Shown: piece after piece, positions 30,301 to 41,186 of the stretch
Layout: each line of letters begins with the position of its first letter
How positions within the stretch are numbered: position 1 is the stretch's first letter
DNA from: an uncultured Planctomycetota bacterium
GTDB taxonomy: Bacteria; Planctomycetota; Planctomycetia; Gemmatales; Gemmataceae
DNA length: 64,000 nt
NCBI GenBank assembly: GCA_963849325.1
Contig: CAWKHF010000005.1
Location: 1 to 64,000 of the forward strand
Reading direction: 5' to 3'
Made by a program: the position numbers and the translations under genes
Notes under the pieces: generated by a model
What the model was told of the DNA's origin: nothing
The model's input: only the letters and a program-made list of their open reading frames with translations
The model's database searches: none

Positions 30301-33080
30301 CTATTCATCAGTGCCGGTGGTACGCGAGCGCCCCATCCGTTTCAGATCATCACTGCCGGGCGAAATATCTTTCCTACGGACGCGAGTGGCTTTGTCTTGC
30401 CTTCTGACAGCGGCACCAATCAGTCCGGCTGCGATCAAATCATCCTTCAAGAAACAAATAGGTTGCATTCCGACTGCCTGCATTTTCTGCACGTGAATCG
30501 AATGCCCTTCGTAGTCAAGTAGCCTACCGCCGTCGGGCTGCTGAACTCCCTGGCATGCTTCGTAGGCTTGGGCAAGCTGGAGCAAGGCGTTTTGGGTTGC
30601 GATCGTGCCGCCGTGAGGAAAGGCCTTTACACCCTTACTGCTCATCCACTCAGCCGTTTTCTCGGGTAAAGCATGTTCCTGACATAGCCCCGCTGCAAGA
30701 ACATCCGGCCGAAAGAAACATACGCAGGGGGTTGTTCCGGATCGCATCTTCTGCATGCGTATAACTTGGCTCCCAAGCGGTATCCGAGCGATGCCACCAG
30801 TGCTTTTCTTTTCAAAGACGCGCAGCAATTCTGCCACACCGGCTTTGCTTGTCTTCGATTCTCCGCCAGGCATTTGTGAAATGTCGCGCGTTGTCATCCA
30901 TTCACTGGTTCTGACCGGTAGGACTTCCTCCGCAACCAACTCGGCATCAACCAGGTCCTGACCGAAAAAGCACACAGCAGGCCGCCTACCTGCTAGCATG
31001 CGCGGGCCTGAATATGAGAGCCGCGATAATCGATAACGCGTGCGCCGCTGTCATCCAGGTCGCCTTCACCCGTTTCAAAGGCACGGGTTAGCTGGGCAAT
31101 CGCAGCCTTGGTTTCTTTCGATTCGCCGTAAGGCTTTTGTCGAACATCAACCGAGCTCCACCACTCATCCGTCTTTGCAGGCAGAGCTTCACGCTGCACT
31201 ATTCCGGCACGATATACATCCTCCTTGAGAAAGCAGATAGGCCGTTGATTATGTGCCTGCATCCGCTGCATGTGAATGTCCGTTCCGTTATGCTGTAGGA
31301 TAACGCTGCCAGCATCAGTCTGTCGGCCCTTGCCTGCTTCAAAGCTCTTGACCAGCGTTGCGATCGCTTGTCTTGCCTCTTTAGCCGACCCACCGGGAGC
31401 AAAGAGCACGTCCGATGCGGTCCACCATTCGCCCGTTTTCTCTGGCAGCGGCTTTTTCCCCTGATCGAGGAACGTTTTGGTGATTGCTCGCATCGCTTCC
31501 GTCTTTGTGACGAACTCAAACCCGAGTGATTCAAGGCTCTCTGAGACTTCCGGCGGATGTTTCTTAAATCGTGTCAGCGCTCCAGTTCGTCGTCCCGGAG
31601 GTCTGTGTTCAGCACCATTGAGAATCTCGGTGGCGTGAATCGGGTGGAACGCGGTCCCCTTGTACATCTCGTGCGTAGTCTCATCGATTACATTGATGGC
31701 AGCACAGGATTTCTCAGGATTCGGTGGCAGGTGGCGCCGCGTATCGCCTCGATCAACACGAAAGCCCCGCCCCATGCGTTGTGTGGCATCGGGAACCGAG
31801 AAACGATCGACCGCATCCACGATGAAGCTGTCCATCGGAAAATCACTGCCCAGCTTTAATTCCTGATCGGAGATAATCAACAGGATTTTGCCCTGGCGGT
31901 GCAGTTCCTTGATCTCGTCCTTGGTACATTTCCGTCGCTTGCCGCCAAAGTTGACCTCGACGCCGCCCGGCGGCATATCGCTATGTACGGGTGCAATCAA
32001 TGCCACGCCTTCGTCACGCAGCCATTGTTTGACGGGCCGGTAGGCAGGCTGGTTCATCACTCTCTCCGCGTGCAGTATGAAATCATTGCAGTGCGTGATT
32101 CCGCCGGCAAATATCAACCCTGTCTGACCAAGAAAACGTTCAGTCGTGTCTGGATGACTGCCGGTCAAGTACGCCTTGATGATGGCCTGGTTGCGAGCCT
32201 CCTGGTTCAGTAATTGCTCCAATTGCCTATTGGTGAGAGGATGTCCTTGCTGCTGTTCGAGAAACTCTCTAGCTTTGGCGAGGTTGATGACATCCTTACC
32301 GCGGAGGTGTGTCTTCAGAACAATCGGCCTGACGTGGCACAGGTCTCCTCGCTCGATGGCAGTATTGAGCGGCAGGTGGTAATAGCAGTGCCCCAGCTTG
32401 TTAGCGACCGTTTTGTCCGTCGAGTATTCCGGCGTGGCAGTGACACCGAGCTGGATGGCTCCTTTGAACTTATCGACGGCAGCCGGCCCGAATTTGGGAC
32501 CGGTCAGGTAATGCGCTTCGTCGTGGATCACGAGCCCAAAATCGGCTGGGTTGTGTATCCGTTGCTCCTTTGACTTTCTCTGATCTGCGGCTTGGCCCTG
32601 ATAGGTCGTGATGAGAACTTTCGGTTTATTCTGGGCACCGTGCCGACGGGTGTAATGAATGTCGATCTGGCTGTTCGTCCAGTCGATTTCCCTGCCGCAG
32701 TCGTCATCTGCTTGCATTCGTTTGGCAACATCGGGCATGAAGTCAGCGAAGGACTGCGCGGTCTGGATCACTAGGTCGGTGGTTGGTTCATGGATCAGGA
32801 CGCGGGGTGCGTCAGGGATATTCTCTGTTGCTCGGAGATAGCAGCCGATGATGGCGATAAACAGGGCGGTTTTGCCGACGCCGGTGGGTATTTCATAGTA
32901 GCCTTCGCGATGGTCGGCCTTGATGCCATTGAGGTAAGCGTCAAACGCCTCCCGCTGCGTTCCTTCAAACAATTCTCTGCCGGAGTCGGGGAATCTGTAA
33001 CCGCCGTGCTTGAACGCTTGCAGTTCCGTAATGAACGCTTCCGCAATCTGCTTGTGTGATCTGTGAGACGGTCTCGGCAT
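30301..33080 (-). CDS. SF2 (ResIII/DEAH) helicase-like protein with four ~85-aa C-terminal repeats (frameshift near 30995)
   Basis: IPTGVGKT, TTYQ, HDEAH, VTATP, QRMGRGFR motifs; the repeats continue across ORFs 30993..33080 and 30301..30999. Confidence 0.85.
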
Positions 33081-33161
33081 CCAACGGCGTAACAGTTATT
33101 AGTCCACGCCGTTTAGAATAGCGCATAAACGCTTTCAAAGAGGTTAATGGCAGGTAAGTCA

Positions 33162-33267
33162 ATGTGACTTGCACCAGGGCGCTGGAGGGGGCGGTAGCCG
33201 TCGCGTACTCGCGACCGAGCGTATGCGGAGCCCAGAGGCACCCGGTCGCCTGGATGGCGAGGTGCCC
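33162..33267. repeat. Structured repeat A, copy 3 (upstream of the full relaxase; candidate oriT/ssi region)
   Basis: Closing stem GCACC/GGTGC, hairpins GTCGCG-TACT-CGCGAC and TCGCC-TGGAT-GGCGA. Confidence 0.9.
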
Positions 33268-33517
33268 GAAAAAGCACGTCAGCCTTGGACGGAAACAAAA
33301 ACCATCACCCCAAACCAGGTGTCCAGGAGATGCTGGCAAGTGGAGACCGCAAAAAGCTGGGACGAGCAGTAAAATCCCTACCCCTAGGGGGGTGGCGTGG
33401 AGGTGACATAGCGGTGACAATGCGAATGTAAGAACCAGAGAAAACCGGGGCTGGCCGCGGTGGACCGCAGCATCGTTAAGAATGCGTTAACGAAATCGTG
33501 CTATTCTAAAATTAGGC

Positions 33518-36189
33518 ATGATCCGAATCACGCAACAGGATAATGCCAGGTCAGCCAAGTCGTACTACACGGCCGGCGATTATTACAGCGAAGGCCAGGA
33601 AATCATCGGCCTTTGGGGAGGCAAGGCCGCGTCCATGCTCGGGCTCGAAGGGACGGTGGATAAGTTCTCATTCGAGCGTCTGTGCGACAATCTCCATCCT
33701 AAAACCGGCGAACACCTGACGATGCGGACGCGCACTGAACGGCGTGTCGGCTATGACTTCACCTTCTCGGTGCCCAAGTCGGTGTCGCTGCTCTACACGC
33801 TGAGCGGCGATCAGGACATCATGGAAGCATTCCGTGGGGCGGTCGATGAGACGATGCGGGAGATTGAGAAGGAGATGAAAACCCGCGTGCGGAAGAAAGG
33901 CCAGGACACGGACCGCACCACGGGCAACATGGTTTGGGCGGAGTTCATTCACACCACGTCGCGGCCGGTGGACGGCCTTCCCGACCCGCAGCTTCACGCC
34001 CATGTCTTTGTGTTCAATACGACCTGGGACAAGGAAGAGGACCACTGGAAGGCGGGCCAGTTTGCCGAGATCAAGCGGGATGCTCCATATTTCCAGGCGG
34101 CGTTCCGCGTCCGGCTGGCGAATCGGCTCCAGGGCCTGGGTTTAGGTATTGAACGCAAGCGGGATGATTTCGAGGTCGCCGGGATTCCGAAGGATGTGCT
34201 GAAACGCTTCTCGCGGCGAACGGCACTGATCGAGAAGGTGGCGGAGGAGCGTGGCATCACCGATGCGCGCCGCAAGGACGTGCTTGGCGCCGAGACGCGC
34301 GAAAAGAAGGCGAAGCCCCTGAGCCTTTCGTCACTGCGGAAGGAATGGAATGCACGGCTGAGCGACAGCGAACGCGACGCGGTTGCAAGCGTCCATCGCC
34401 GCGAGCATGCACCCGAGATACCGGAGCGTGGCGAGAAACTGGCGGTGGACCATGCCATCGGGCATTGCTTCGTCCGTGAGGCAGTGGTGCCCGAACGCAA
34501 GATCGTGACCGAGGCCCTGAAGCGTGGGCTGGGCACGGTGACGGTCGCCGGGGTGCAAGGTGAAGTGAACTCCCGGCCGCTGATAAGCAGCGAAATCACA
34601 GGCCGGAAAATGGCAACCACGACCGAAATGCTGGGCCTGGAGTCGCGGCTGATCGAATTCGCCCGCAGCGGCCGTGGGCGTTGCCGCCCGCTGGCCGACC
34701 CGAACCGCCCCATCTCCCGCGACTGGTTCAATGAAGGGCAGAAGGCAGCGGTCCGGCATGTCCTGGGCTCCCGCGACCGCGTGATGGTTATCCGTGGCGC
34801 GGCGGGAACCGGCAAAACGACGCTGGAACAGGAAATCGGCGAAGCGTTGGCTGAGGCTGGGCGGCCGGTCGTCGCCCTGGCCCAGTCGGTCAAGGCCAGC
34901 CGCGAGGTGCTTCGCGAGGAAGCAGGCTTTGCCAATGCGGACACTATTGCCCGGTTCCTGAAGGACGAGCAGATGCAACTTAGCGCAAAAGGTGGAGTCA
35001 TCCTGGTGGACGAGGTTAGCCAGGTCGGCACGCGGGACATGCTGAAGATATTCGGCGTCGCCGAAGCGGTGGTGCGCGCGTCCTTCTCGTGGGGGACCGC
35101 CGGCAGCATCGCAGCGTGTCGGCGGGCGAGCCGCTCAAGCTGCTGGAAGACCTGGCTGGCTTGCCGGTTGCCGAGGTCACGGAGATCCTGCGTCAGCAGG
35201 GCGACTACAAGAAAGCGGCGGAATACTTGAGCGATGGCCGCGTGGGCGAAGCGTTCGAGGAACTGGACAAGCTCGGCTGGGTCAGGCAAGTGCCCGATGC
35301 TGAACGCTTCCAGCAGCTCTCCGCCTGTTATCTCGCGGCGGTGGCTGAGAAGAAACGCAATGGGGAGCAAAAGACGGCGCTCGTCGTGACGCCGACGCAC
35401 GCTGAGGCTGATCGCATCACGGGTGCGATTCGCGCCGGGCTCAAGGAAAAGGGCACGCTCGGCAAGGAACGCATCATCAACGTCTGGCTCGCGACCCACC
35501 TGACGGAAGCGGAGAAAACGGACCCGACGCAATATGATCCGGGGGACATGCTCCAGTTCCATGAAAATGCGAAAGGCCATACGAAGGGATCGCGGCTGGT
35601 CCTGGGCGAGGGCGACGTGCCGCCGACCGAACTGGCCGCGCGCTTCGAGGTTTACAGGCCGGGACAGCTTGCGCTGGCGGCGGGTGATCGTATCAGGGTC
35701 ACCGCTGGCGCGAAGACCAGGGACGGCCATCGCCTGAGCAACGGGTCGCTGTTCACGGTGCAGGGATTCACGAAGCGCGGTGATATTATCGTTGATCGCG
35801 GCTGGGTGATCGACCGGGATTTTGGCCATCTCACACAGGGCTACGTTGTTACGAGCTATGCGAGTGAAGGGTCCACCGTGGACAAGGAATTCGTCGGCAT
35901 GTCCAGTGAATCCTTCCCAGCGACAAACCAGCGGACGACGTATGTCGCCCTGACGCGCGGACGGGAACAGGTCACTGTATTCACGGACGACAGGGCAGCA
36001 CTACTGAAGGCCATGAGCCGCCCGGACGATCCCATGTCTGCGACACAGCTTGCCGAATCCACGAACGGCCAAGCCGTATCGCGGAATGGCCCAGCCTTCG
36101 GCCGCAGGCACGCGGTCCCGGCGGTGCACGTAATGCAGCCAAATACGGAGAGACGTTTGCCCGAAAGGGGGCTGGATCATGAGCGATGA
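33518..36189 (+). CDS. trwC: MobF (TrwC/TraI-type) relaxase-helicase (frameshift near 35080)
   Basis: SYY..DYY, YDFTFSVPKSVS, HTTSRP..PQLHAH; helicase GAAGTGKT, VDEVS, GDRRQH, RQ, YVALTRGR. Confidence 0.93.
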
Positions 36190-36691
36190 AAAGCTTACCC
36201 ATCAGGAACGGCTGAAGCGGGCGTTCAATACGCAGGGTCAGTCCGGAGGCCCACAGAAGGAAGCGGAAGGTGAAGAAACGGAAGTCTCCTGCGGGGCGTT
36301 CGGCTATCTGCGCGGCATCCGCGATCTGCCAGGCTCCGTCGAGTTCCGCTTTCGCGATGGAAACAGCGCGTGGTTCCCCTATGGCTGGCTGGGACCGTGG
36401 AAATTCAACCCCTCCGAGGGCTTGCTGCTCAAGTTCTCCGGGGATCTCGTTTACCTTGTCCTCATTCGCGGCAGCAACCTGGACAAGCCTCTCAACGAGG
36501 GGGCGATCAACCTGACCACGGGCGGTCTGCAACGTAACCGGATCGTGTGGGTTCGCGAAATGAGCGAAGCGGACATCCGCCAGGTCGGTGACAGCGGGCC
36601 TACAATCGACAGTATTCAGGTCTGTGAGTTTGAGACCCAGGCCGCGCTCAGGGAATGGCTGACGCAGAATGCCCCGGCGTTCGTGCCGTGA
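36179..36691 (+). CDS. Hypothetical protein coupled to the relaxase
   Basis: Overlaps the relaxase 3' end; 170-aa ORF with coding-like composition. Confidence 0.75.
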   Translation: MSDEKLTHQERLKRAFNTQGQSGGPQKEAEGEETEVSCGAFGYLRGIRDLPGSVEFRFRDGNSAWFPYGWLGPWKFNPSEGLLLKFSGDLVYLVLIRGSNLDKPLNEGAINLTTGGLQRNRIVWVREMSEADIRQVGDSGPTIDSIQVCEFETQAALREWLTQNAPAFVP

Positions 36692-36696
36692 TTTCA

Positions 36697-37086
36697 TCAA
36701 CTGTGCGGCTCCGCCTGCGGCATCAAAAAGTGTGGGAGGTATTCTGGTTCATCCCATGTCCTTGTCCAGGGTGCGGCCGCTCTGCTCAACGCTTGCTCAA
36801 ATGCTTTGTCCTCGGTGGGAGAGAACAGAGTGCGCGAAAGAAATGTGTGGATGCGATTCACAACACCTTTCATCAGTGTCTTCATTTCCTCCTGGTCGAT
36901 GTGTGATACCTCATTCCAGGGAATCTCCCGGCCTTCGGCATCAATGACCTTCACGTCGGAGTAGTCACCCGACCGGGTAACCGGCGTAATACCGGCATGG
37001 ATTTTCTCAAGGTAACCGCGCCGCACGCAGGCGGCGGCCATTAGCTTGGCGATTTCGGCCTGCGCTTGTTTAGGGCTGAATGTCAT
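36697..37086 (-). CDS. Hypothetical protein downstream of the P4-type integrase
   Basis: RBS GGAGAGG; CVRRGYLEKIHAG..GDYSDVKVIDAEGREIPWNEVS. Confidence 0.75.
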   Translation of the reverse strand: MTFSPKQAQAEIAKLMAAACVRRGYLEKIHAGITPVTRSGDYSDVKVIDAEGREIPWNEVSHIDQEEMKTLMKGVVNRIHTFLSRTLFSPTEDKAFEQALSRAAAPWTRTWDEPEYLPHFLMPQAEPHS

Positions 37087-37181
37087 GGGCCTCTCCACTC
37101 TTGTGTCTGGAGAAGGATAGCACGATGGAATGGAACATACACGCCTTTCTGATTCGTGGGGGCTGAGACCGACAGCTCGGT

Positions 37182-38376
37182 TCAACGCGTCGGCGGCTTC
37201 TTGACTGCGATTTCATCGAGATAGTCTGCCCACCATTGCATCATCTCGCGGCGCTCCGATAGGTACTGGGCGTGATTGTAGGCGGCCCGGACGCTATTCC
37301 GTTCGCTGTGAGCGAGTTGACGTTCTATGACATCCGCCCGGAAACCGTGCTCGTTCAGGATAGTGCTGGCCGTGCTGCGGAATCCGTGCCCCGTGGTGCG
37401 GGAATGGTAGCCCATGCGATAGAGCGCATAGAGCATAGTGTTCTCGCTCATGAATGTCGCGGGATTGTGCTCGTTCGGGAAGAGATAGGGACGGTTGCTT
37501 GAATGCTTCTGGAGTTCTCGGAGAACAGCAATTGCTTGTTTCGACAGGGGCACGATATGGAGTTCGTTCATCTTCATGCGTTCCGCCGGAATTCGCCAGT
37601 CCGCCTTGTCCCAGTCGATCTCCATCCATTGTGCTCCCCGAAGCTCCTGGGTGCGGACGAAGGTGAGCAGCAGGAGTCGGAGGCGCTAGCCTAGTCTGGA
37701 CACTGCCGTCATAGCGCTCCAGCTTTTTCAGGTACTCCGGCAGGTCGCTGGCTTTCAGGAACGAGTAATGCTTGGCAACCGGAGCCTTTAACGCTCCGCG
37801 CAGGTCGGGGACTGGGTTGCGTTCGGCCCGCCCAGTAGCAATGGCATACATGAAGACTTGCCCGCAAATCTGCATGACACGCCGGGCGGTTTCCAGGTTG
37901 CCTTTTGCCTCGACGACCCTGGCCATTTCCAGCACCTCCGGCGGAGTGATCTCGGTTACCGGCCTTTCCCCCAGCTTCGGAAGGATATGTTGTTCCAAGC
38001 GGGCAAGCATGGTTTTGGCGGAGCGTGGCGCCCATTCGTGCGCGCGTTTCTCATACCATTCGCGGGCAATGGTCTCGAACGCATTGGCGCTGTGCAGGAC
38101 GGTCAGCCGCTTAACCTCTTTCTTTGCCTCCCCAGGGTCCTTGCCGGCGGCCAGCAGTTTGCGGGCTTGCGCCCGCCGGTCGCGCGCGTCGCCCAGGCTA
38201 ATCTCCGGATACACACCGAGAGCCAGGAGCTTTTCCTTGCCAGCAATGAAATATCGCAGCCGCCAGTATTTGCTGCCGGATGGCGTGATAACCAGGAAAA
38301 GCCCTTCGCCGTCGGCGATTTTGTAAGGCTTGTTTTTCGGTTTGGCGTTGCGCACCTTGGCATCCGAGAGCGACAT
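37182..38376 (-). CDS. P4-type tyrosine integrase with arm-binding domain (frameshift near 37680)
   Basis: MSLSDAKVRNAKP..DGEGLFL..YWRLRY..LGVYPEISL; RMKM..HIVPL, HGFRSTAS, QLAH, AYNH. Confidence 0.93.
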
Positions 38377-38638
38377 GGGGTACATCCTGATGTTGGTGGG
38401 GTATTGGTCCGAGAAATGTACCCCGAAATCTGGCTGGATGTCAATAAGCTTGAATGGGCGCGGTTGATCGACCGGCTCGGCGAAAGTGGCTGTCAGCCTT
38501 GATTGTGTCGATGTGGATGGACGCGGTTGGCCAGGGATTTGGCGACCCCTACGGTCTTCACATTGATGAAATAACCGATTGTAGTATTGACCATATCTTA
38601 TGATGCGAGAAATGGAGATACCCCGGTTTTGTACCCCT
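38377..38638. other. Putative intact attP of the P4-type integrase, core = tRNA 3' end
   Basis: 38540..38554 reads CCGTAGGGGTCGCCA on the minus strand (tRNA-Glu-like 3' end with CCA); GGGGTA/TACCCC arm-type motifs on both sides. Confidence 0.7.
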
Positions 38639-38710
38639 AACTCTAATTAGGAGTGAGAAAGCGATATGCCAAGGCATAACACGTTGAGCAAAAAGGCGCA
38701 AGAGATGCTG

Positions 38711-38914
38711 TTAAGGTTTTGATTTTATGGCCGATAGGTGGTTGATAAGCTCCCGGATGTCCTCGGCCCGCCAGGCGGTGCATCGCGGTGATAACTTGAC
38801 TGGTTCCGGATACCGCCCGGATTTCACTCCATTCCACCAGCTGCTCTTGCTGATAGGAATGACGGCTAGAATCTGCGGCAATCGCAAGAAGCCTGTTTCT
38901 GGAATGTCGTACAT
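38711..38914 (-). CDS. alpA: AlpA-family regulator / recombination directionality factor
   Basis: GFLRLPQILAVIPISKSSWWNGVKSGRYPEPVKLSPRCTAWRAEDI. Confidence 0.92.
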   Translation of the reverse strand: MYDIPETGFLRLPQILAVIPISKSSWWNGVKSGRYPEPVKLSPRCTAWRAEDIRELINHLSAIKSKP

Positions 38915-40101
38915 GTAGAAACCTATCTTTATTTCAACTCCTAATTGTAGCACGATTGATAACCGAATGTCTCGGAGAATCGCACTGGCAGCCGGTTTTC
39001 GCGATTTGTGCGGCGCAGCAAAGCGGGCGCTACTGCGACAGGGAAACCGGAGTCCCTGTCGGCTGTTCTGCCCGTGGTAGAGGTCTTCGCGACGGCGACC
39101 ACTGGCTGCCACAGGTCGTTGCGTTCCCAGAGGATAATCGGGAGCAGCGACGAAAGGAGAGGGCGATAGCAATGGCAAACGATGCACGGGCAGCGTCTGA
39201 GGTCGGAGGGACGACTTCCGCCCTCAATCGGTGAAGCACCTCGCCGTGACAAAAACGGCGTGGTCTTTCGCCGGCTGAACCGCTACCCCGGATATGACGA
39301 TGCCGCTACCGGCGCGATAGCGCCGACTACCGCAATGTACAGTGGGAAGGGCAGCTCGACGAGTACGTCAACACTGCTTTCTCGGGAAACCACATTGCGC
39401 CGCACACGATCGAAGTCGCCGCCGTATGGGCGCTTACGGCGAGCTTTTTCTGCGTCATTCCCTGCGATTTCATCCTTGCCTCCCGTTTTCCGCTCTTGAT
39501 GGGAGCAGGGGTAGTCGGCGTATGCTTTTATAATGGAGGAGAAGGCGGGACGAACGCTAAGGTGAGTCGAGGACGCAGGTTAACGCCGGCGCCTTGATTC
39601 TTCCCTCCCCCAAAACTAGAGTCCGCAAGGGTCCAGGCGGACCAAAAAGTCCCCAGAAATTCCTGAAACCGAGAAAAGCGATCCCAGGGTCGCCCTGTGG
39701 AGCGTTCGCGCCTGGGGGTGCGCTACTCGTGGCGACGACGGCGACGAGAAGAACATCAAGAAGCGCATGAAGAAGGACATCGAGTGCCAGCAAAACCTGA
39801 CGGTCCGGAGAATCGCGGGAAGATTTCACGCTCGTGCCGCCGGAAACCCCAGAAAAACGCAAGCGACAGCGGGGTGACCTGCTGCCCGTGAGCAGCAGGG
39901 TCTCTCGGGACGTTGGTAAGGGCCATCGGGCATCGTCCTAAGGGCGGCTTGCGATGGGTCAGGACCACGCTAGGCCGGGGACAGGGAAGCGTTGGAGCGA
40001 TCCCCAAGGGGCAGGAGCGTCTGCGTCTTCATCCCCTGCGTGAAAAAGTTTGGAAAATCCAGCGAGGAAGATGTCCGGATACGGGTAGGAGGACAAACAT
40101 C

Positions 40102-40956
40102 ATGACTCAGTGGCAAATGAAATACGTGAAACCACAGGACATTGTGGTCAAGGAACAAGTCCGCAAGGAAATCGACCCAAAGAAGCAGGAGGAACTGAAC
40201 GTCTCCGTAAAGGCACACGGCATCCTACAGCCTTTGCTGGTGACCGTTCTCATGGTTCTCCTCGCCGGGCACCGCCGGCTCATCGCGGCCCTGGCCGCAG
40301 GGCTTGAAGCCGTTCCCGTCATCATCACGGACCGCGTTCTTTCTGACAGCGAAATCCGGGTGATCCAGTTGACCGAGAACATGCACCGCGCCGACCTCAA
40401 GCCAATCGAGCAGGTCGAGGGGGTGGAGGAAGTCGCCAGGCTCAACCCTGGGATGACCAACAAGGACTTGGCCAAGCTGCTCGGCTTCGAGGCCAGCATG
40501 ATAACCCGCCTGCGGTCGGTATCCAAAGTCACTCCTGCCGTGCGTGAAGCGTTTGCGGCCGGCAAGATCGGGCTGAGCACCGTCTACGCGATCAGCAAGT
40601 GCGAAGCGCTGGCCGACCAGGAGCAGATGCTTGCCCAGGCCCTGTCCGGCGCCAGCCGCGACACCATCGAGCAGGTGGGCCAGAGAAACCGCAAGGGGAA
40701 GTCGGCCAAGGACGAGGCTGGCAAAACCGCCAAGGTTCACTGCCTGCTGCCTACCGGGGTGCAGATCACTGTCAGCGGCAAGGGTTTGTCCCTGGGATCG
40801 GCAATCGACGCGCTGATTGACGGGATTAAGGAGATGCGGGCAGCCAAGGCCAACGGCTACACCGCCAAGACGTTCGCCGCTTCCATGAAGGACAAGGCAA
40901 GGGCGAAGCAGGCTAAGGCAAACGCAACAGCAACAGAAAACGAGGCGAAAGGATAA
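40102..40956 (+). CDS. parB: ParB/RepB/Spo0J-family protein
   Basis: GILQPLLV, LLAGHRRLIAA, ENMHRADL, HTH; RBS AGGAGG. Confidence 0.9.
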   Translation: MTQWQMKYVKPQDIVVKEQVRKEIDPKKQEELNVSVKAHGILQPLLVTVLMVLLAGHRRLIAALAAGLEAVPVIITDRVLSDSEIRVIQLTENMHRADLKPIEQVEGVEEVARLNPGMTNKDLAKLLGFEASMITRLRSVSKVTPAVREAFAAGKIGLSTVYAISKCEALADQEQMLAQALSGASRDTIEQVGQRNRKGKSAKDEAGKTAKVHCLLPTGVQITVSGKGLSLGSAIDALIDGIKEMRAAKANGYTAKTFAASMKDKARAKQAKANATATENEAKG

Positions 40957-40959
40957 ATC

Positions 40960-41145
40960 ATGGTGCGCATCCGGCATGACATCGCTTGGGCAACGACGCT
41001 ACGCATCCTGGAGATATTTAATCTCCGCCCGGAGGAACAACACGAGGCGTTCCCGGTGGTGTACGAGCACGTCAGGGACGGACTGCTCGCTTATGAGAAG
41101 GAAACAAAGGACCTTCTTCACCGGCGGAGACTACTTAGCAACTGA
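40960..41145 (+). CDS. Small hypothetical protein
   Basis: 61-aa ORF 3 bp after parB with RBS AAGGA. Confidence 0.65.
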   Translation: MVRIRHDIAWATTLRILEIFNLRPEEQHEAFPVVYEHVRDGLLAYEKETKDLLHRRRLLSN

Positions 41146-41186
41146 GGCACAAAGACACTCCGGCATAGCCGGATGGAGACATTCCC

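Noticed and set aside
33385-33415. GCGTGGAGGTGAC as the MobF nic site
   Set aside because: Only loosely similar to the F-plasmid nic and not seen upstream of the second relaxase; too weak to call.
33994-35829. 611-aa minus-strand ORF and similar long antisense ORFs (59642..61048, 6095..7249, 51176..52126, 49..648)
   Set aside because: Shadows of real genes in high-GC DNA with no motifs of their own.
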